Source: an uncultured virus (IMG/VR IMGVR_UViG_2651869845_000001)
Taxonomy: Duplodnaviria > Heunggongvirae > Uroviricota > Caudoviricetes
IMG/VR virus record: IMGVR_UViG_2651869845_000001
Reading direction: 5' to 3' (one strand)
DNA: 64,000 nucleotides
Under the pieces are notes generated by a model that made no database searches, was not told the DNA's origin, and saw nothing but the letters and a program-made list of their open reading frames with translations. The translations under genes were made by a program, and so were the position numbers. This document shows, piece by piece, positions 59,791 through 64,000 of the stretch. Position 1 is the stretch's first letter; each line of letters starts with the position of its first letter.

Positions 59791-61566
59791 TCAGGCCTCC
59801 CGGTACCAGCCTTCAAGGGTGATGATCGCCCCTGCGGCGAGGTTGTTGCCGCGCAATTGGATGTCGGTGGGTGTGCGGATGTGGTCGAGGACGGCGCCGG
59901 TGCCGGAGCCGAGGACCAGGCCGGTGATGTTTCCGCCGATTCCGGAGTTGGTGCCGGCGCCGATGCCGCCGCCGTATCCGGAGATGGCCTGCCTGCGGTC
60001 AGCGGAACTGCCGCGCCAGGGCACGGACGGCAGGGACACCATGATGCCCGTGGTTCCAGTGCCGGCCGTCGTGCCGATCACGATGTAGGCGTACACGAAG
60101 ACCATGTCACCGAGCTTGTAGTACCAGCCGTCTCGGGTGCTGAATGTGGCCGACCCTCCGCCGGTGAGGGTCGGAGTGTAGGCGGTGAACGTGGTTGCGC
60201 TGACAGAGAGACTGTCCGTTTCCAGCGCTGGCGCGAAGACCGTCCCGAAAGACTGCAAGTTCCCCGACGGGAAAACGACTAGTTTGTCGACACTATCGAG
60301 TGTGATCCGGAACAGCGGCCCTGTCTGGCCTGCCGCGCCGCTGATCCACGTTGCGGAGGACGATGTGGCGGCAGGAGTCGCTACGAGCCGTCCTGTGCGG
60401 ATGTTCGCTATTCCTGCGGTGAAAATAATGTCGGCTGACAGGGTGGTGCCGGTGGTGTCGGCGTACCCGACCGACCCGTGATCCGCACGCAGGTCGATGC
60501 GGCCGCCGACGGTGGTGGAGTTGGCGGACTGGCGGATCCGTTCGGCGACCCAGAAGTCCTCGCCGAAGAACGTCCGCCATTTGAGGTCGGTGAAGCCGCT
60601 GCCGGAGAACTTGCCCGAGTTCATCCCCAGGTTCGCGGAGCCCGGGGTGTTCTCCACGACGTTGATGACAGCCTCGTTGGACTGGTCGTCGTTGGTGAGG
60701 CGCAGGTTGGGATAGGTGTTGTCGGGGTCGAGGTACATGAGGGCACCGTTGGTGCCCTCGAGGAGCAGGCCCCGCCCGGAGAGTTCGCCGACGGCCCGCC
60801 CGGTCTCGTCGTAGATGATGATTTTGTTGGCGTTGGCTTCGTTGATGGTGATGCGTTCCGCGCCGACCGAGGAGGTCTGGAAGACGGAGCCGTTGATCTC
60901 CCCACCTGTGATGACCTTGCCGGTGATGGCGTCGGCTTTCAGGGCGGTCGCGTCGACCGAGCCGACGTCCAGTTTGGCTGTGGTCACCGCGTTCGCGAAG
61001 AGTTTCGGGGTGGTGACGGCGCCGTCACTGATGAGGGTGGCGGTGATCTCCCCGATGCCGATCTCCCCCGCCACGGGGCGCGGCGCGTACGGGCCGACCG
61101 TGCCGGTCGGTGCGGAGGCTGCCCCGGACGTGTTGCGGGCCAGGAGACGCACGTAGGTGGGGGCGGTGGCCGGGACGTAGACGATGCCGCCCTGCGCCGT
61201 CTCGATCGTCGCCACCAGGGTGGCCGGGGTCGGGTCGAAGCCGGCCGTGGTGGAGGCGTGAACCTCGACTCGGGCCCAGTCCATGGGGATGAATGCCCCG
61301 TCGGCGAACGTCCCGTCCCATCCTGCGGCGATCCCTCCGAGCGCGGGTGCCGCGGTCGGCGTGGACGGTACGGGCGGGGGGCCGCCGTTGACGATGTTCA
61401 CGGCGGTCGTCCCGTCGGCCTGCTGGCCGATCATGCCCCGCACCAGGCCGACGCTGTCCTTGACGGTGATGGAGGTGTCGTCCAGCGACGCGGACGACAG
61501 TCGGGACTGGCGCTCGACTGCGGCGAGACGCTTCTCGAGCTGGACCAGCTGCACTCCGATGTCCAT
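59791..61566 (-). CDS. Minor tail / tail fibre protein
   Basis: FN3-like N-terminal part, GAVTTPKL repeats, GWYYKLGDMV C-terminal fibre motif. Confidence 0.8.
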   Translation of the reverse strand: MDIGVQLVQLEKRLAAVERQSRLSSASLDDTSITVKDSVGLVRGMIGQQADGTTAVNIVNGGPPPVPSTPTAAPALGGIAAGWDGTFADGAFIPMDWARVEVHASTTAGFDPTPATLVATIETAQGGIVYVPATAPTYVRLLARNTSGAASAPTGTVGPYAPRPVAGEIGIGEITATLISDGAVTTPKLFANAVTTAKLDVGSVDATALKADAITGKVITGGEINGSVFQTSSVGAERITINEANANKIIIYDETGRAVGELSGRGLLLEGTNGALMYLDPDNTYPNLRLTNDDQSNEAVINVVENTPGSANLGMNSGKFSGSGFTDLKWRTFFGEDFWVAERIRQSANSTTVGGRIDLRADHGSVGYADTTGTTLSADIIFTAGIANIRTGRLVATPAATSSSATWISGAAGQTGPLFRITLDSVDKLVVFPSGNLQSFGTVFAPALETDSLSVSATTFTAYTPTLTGGGSATFSTRDGWYYKLGDMVFVYAYIVIGTTAGTGTTGIMVSLPSVPWRGSSADRRQAISGYGGGIGAGTNSGIGGNITGLVLGSGTGAVLDHIRTPTDIQLRGNNLAAGAIITLEGWYREA

Positions 61567-62663
61567 CAGGACACTCCTCCGTACTGGTAGCTGTCAGCCG
61601 GTTGGAGGCTGATGGTGGCCTGGGGTCCGCCGGTGGCGTCAGGTCGGATGGTCCAGCCGGTGATGCGCCGCCACCCCACGAACTCGACCCACGGGTTGTA
61701 GACCCGGGTGTACACGTCGTCGCCCACCTGCCAGGACCGGAACGGGGCCGCGGGGGTGTCCCGGATGGTGATCTCGTTGAGGCTGCCGAGCTTCAGGCGT
61801 TTCGCCAGCTCAGCATCGGTGAGGGACTTGAGGACGTCGTCTCCGGCGGCTTCGGGGAACGAGGCGGTGTACTCAAGGCGGAGCCGGCCGTTACGGATGG
61901 CGGATATCTGGCGGCGCTTCTCTGAGCCGTCGCCGGCGCCCATGCCGATGACCACCTGGGCGTAGTCGTCGCCGGCGAGCTCGATCTCTGGGTCGGTCAC
62001 GATGTTCACGCCGGAGGAGAAGCTGATGTCGGTGCGGCGGGCCCCCAACCGGGGCCAGCCGAGGCGGATCCGGCGGATCGCATCGGTTTTGTCGGCGTTC
62101 CAGGCGACCGTGCATGAGTAGTCCGGGCTGGCGTCTGCGGATACCTGGTCGTCGACCAGGTCACCCAGGGCCCTGGCGTCCCACCGGTTCGAGTGCAGGA
62201 CGTCCTCGGGGGTTCCGACGGTCGACGTGGAGGTGGTGCTGTCGACGACGACTCCCAGGTTCCCGTCGGTGATGGACTGCGCGTACGCCCACACGTCGCG
62301 GATGACTTTGCACCGGTCGGCGTAGACGTAGGGGCCGCGGCCGTTGAGTTCGCCGTCCAGGTCGTACCGGTGCATCAGGTACGACGACCAGCTAGCGGCC
62401 TCGATGGCGTACTCCGAGCCCTGGGGACGGGCGTCCCACACCAGGCCACCCCAGGTCAGGTCGCCGGCCTCTTCGACGTATATGAGGGTGGTGCCCGGGT
62501 CGAGGAGGGTCGGGTTCTGGGCGACCAGGCGTGGCGACAGCTTCCCCGACAGGGACCCGGGGCCGTTGAGTTCGTCGCCGTACTCGCGGGCGGTGAGCGG
62601 CAGGGCGGGTGACAGCCACTCCCCGGTGAGGGCGTTCTGGGTGAGGATGCGGGTCCCGGTCAC
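61566..62663 (-). CDS. Minor tail (hub/baseplate) protein
   Basis: LNGPGSLSG...WGGLVW...SWQVGD; tail-operon position. Confidence 0.8.
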   Translation of the reverse strand: MTGTRILTQNALTGEWLSPALPLTAREYGDELNGPGSLSGKLSPRLVAQNPTLLDPGTTLIYVEEAGDLTWGGLVWDARPQGSEYAIEAASWSSYLMHRYDLDGELNGRGPYVYADRCKVIRDVWAYAQSITDGNLGVVVDSTTSTSTVGTPEDVLHSNRWDARALGDLVDDQVSADASPDYSCTVAWNADKTDAIRRIRLGWPRLGARRTDISFSSGVNIVTDPEIELAGDDYAQVVIGMGAGDGSEKRRQISAIRNGRLRLEYTASFPEAAGDDVLKSLTDAELAKRLKLGSLNEITIRDTPAAPFRSWQVGDDVYTRVYNPWVEFVGWRRITGWTIRPDATGGPQATISLQPADSYQYGGVS

Positions 62664-63595
62664 CGCGGCGCCTCGGAGAACTCGATGTCGTAGGACCAGG
62701 TGCTGCTGGAGTCGGCTGCGACGGTGCCGGCGTTGCCGGTGCTGCCGCCGAACTGGGGGCGCAGGAGCTGGCTGGTGCCCCGGTAGGCGTCGGGGATCGT
62801 GAACGTGTCGCAGCACTTCGCGTACAGGCGCCGGACCCCGCTCCCGTTGTCGTCAACGATGACGGGCTGCATCGTCAGCGACGCCCCGAACGTCGCCCTG
62901 ATGTTCCCGAACACCGCGGCGGTCGCGAGGCGCAGGCCGCCCACATCGACGATGACTCGGGCGGTGGATGCCCAGTCCGGGACGGGGACGCTGATGCCGG
63001 CCGTGGTGGAGAAGTAGCTGTAGACGAGGGTGGTGCCGCCGATCTGTGTCGACGTGGACGCCGGGGACTGGGTGAACAGGGTTCGGTCCCGGCGGGGGGT
63101 GGCGACCTTCCGGATATCCTTGACCATCGCGTTCGTGATGGTGCTGGTCGACGAGGGGATGTCGATGCGGGCCAGGGGGATCCCTGTCCGGCCGTCGGGG
63201 ATGGTCGTGGCGCTGGACGACACGTTCGAGATGACTTGGAAGTAGCAGATTTGGTCCGTGACCGGGTCGAGGTCGCCCTCGTACTCGGGGTCTTCGACAC
63301 GGAGGATCACCATGTCGGATCGGGCGCTGCCGCCGGTCGCGGAGATGTCGACGAGGGCGGTCCCGATGTTGCAAACCGAGTAGTGGCCCTGGTTCGCGTT
63401 GGCTCGGCCGCGGATGACCCCGGACCCATCGGCAACCTGAACCCCGGATCCGGGTGTGCTGCGCTGGGTGACCTTGAGGTCGTCGCCCTCGGTGATGCCC
63501 TCAGCGGCGGACACCAGGTCGCGGACCATCATGCGGAACTGCTGGGCGGAGTGGGTGGCGCCGTTGGTGAGGATCGGCACCTGGAACAGGGTCAT
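62660..63595 (-). CDS. Minor tail protein
   Basis: DLKVTQRSTPG...RSDMVILRVEDPEY...IPLARIDIP. Confidence 0.8.
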   Translation of the reverse strand: MTLFQVPILTNGATHSAQQFRMMVRDLVSAAEGITEGDDLKVTQRSTPGSGVQVADGSGVIRGRANANQGHYSVCNIGTALVDISATGGSARSDMVILRVEDPEYEGDLDPVTDQICYFQVISNVSSSATTIPDGRTGIPLARIDIPSSTSTITNAMVKDIRKVATPRRDRTLFTQSPASTSTQIGGTTLVYSYFSTTAGISVPVPDWASTARVIVDVGGLRLATAAVFGNIRATFGASLTMQPVIVDDNGSGVRRLYAKCCDTFTIPDAYRGTSQLLRPQFGGSTGNAGTVAADSSSTWSYDIEFSEAPR

Positions 63596-63607
63596 CGCTG
63601 TCGCTCC

Positions 63608-64000
63608 TCAGAGGGCGTTGTAGGCGTTGCGCCAGGTCAGGCGCATGCGGGCAGTGTTGGTGTTGTCGAACGCGGTCCAGCGCATCTCGGACTGGCCGGG
63701 CGGCAGGGAAAACAGGTCGATCCGCGACGACGGGGACATGAGGGTGGAGGCGTTGCCGCCGGTCTCGCGGGTGACGGTGCGGTAGCCGGGCCGGGTGTCG
63801 ATCTCGATCCACTGGCCTGCGCTCAGGTTCAGGGTGGGGAAGGAGAGCTGCCGGCCGGATTCGGCGTGGGTGATGGTGACGGTGGCGCACGGCCCGGTGA
63901 TGCGGATGATCGGCCACGCGTCCGCGGTGCCGTCGTTGTGGGCCCACCCAGGCCGGTCTGCGGCGACCGTTCCGTCCTGCACGAAGATCGGTGCGACGAC
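63608..64000 (-). CDS. Distal tail protein (5' part outside the window)
   Basis: NDGTADAWPIIRITGP...IEIDTRPG...LPPG...LTWRNAY. Confidence 0.75.
   Translation of the reverse strand, partial: VVAPIFVQDGTVAADRPGWAHNDGTADAWPIIRITGPCATVTITHAESGRQLSFPTLNLSAGQWIEIDTRPGYRTVTRETGGNASTLMSPSSRIDLFSLPPGQSEMRWTAFDNTNTARMRLTWRNAYNAL

Larger units (their letters stand above)
1034..64000. mobile_element. Temperate phage / phage-plasmid region (ends not visible)
   Basis: Tail, lysis, SSB, RusA and WhiB genes occur together with ParA/ParB, rep-like genes and a Cre-like recombinase; dense translationally coupled small ORFs. Confidence 0.88.

Noticed and set aside
55390..61590. Long + strand ORFs (e.g. 55390-56994, 56718-58631, 60478-61590) and similar shadows elsewhere
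   Set aside because: Antisense shadows of recognisable - strand genes in high-GC DNA
1..64000. tRNA/rRNA genes, reverse transcriptase, DGR or retron
   Set aside because: No cloverleaf with T-loop consensus, RT motif or template/variable repeat pair was noticed by eye; a tRNAscan/Infernal run would be needed to exclude them formally

Overview
This is high-GC actinobacterial DNA, most likely Streptomyces (inferred from GC content, WhiB-family genes and an actinobacterial-type SSB). Almost the whole window belongs to one large temperate phage that looks like a phage-plasmid (plasmid prophage). From left to right: an IS5-family element (1-1004); an HTH replication-initiator-like gene with internal iteron-like repeats (1885-3300); a + strand accessory arm (5.1-14.5 kb); a long - strand early/accessory arm (14.7-46.7 kb) with NERD nuclease, LuxR, DUF1643, SSB, WhiB, RusA, a rep-dciA-SLOG-parB-parA block and an AAA ATPase; a divergent tandem-RHH/WYL gene pair; two tyrosine-recombinase-fold genes (one Cre-like and intact, one lacking the catalytic Tyr and carrying a LacI-like HTH insert); and the distal end of the late operon (tail genes, papain-like protease, CHAP endolysin, holin, collagen-like proteins). 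The most informative signals are non-coding. (1) A 24-bp palindromic operator occurs 5 times plus one degenerate copy, and each full copy embeds the -35 of a correctly oriented promoter. (2) Six copies of a 17-bp parS-like palindrome lie around parAB/rep. (3) Three hairpins with identical CGCCAA/UUGGCG loops sit in the rep leader. (4) A pair of 38-bp inverted sites lies 12.3 kb apart. (5) A 23-bp perfect inverted repeat ends in the start codons of two divergent HTH genes. Protein family calls come from motif recognition by eye; no searches were run. There are two N gaps (1009-1033 and 4051-4975).
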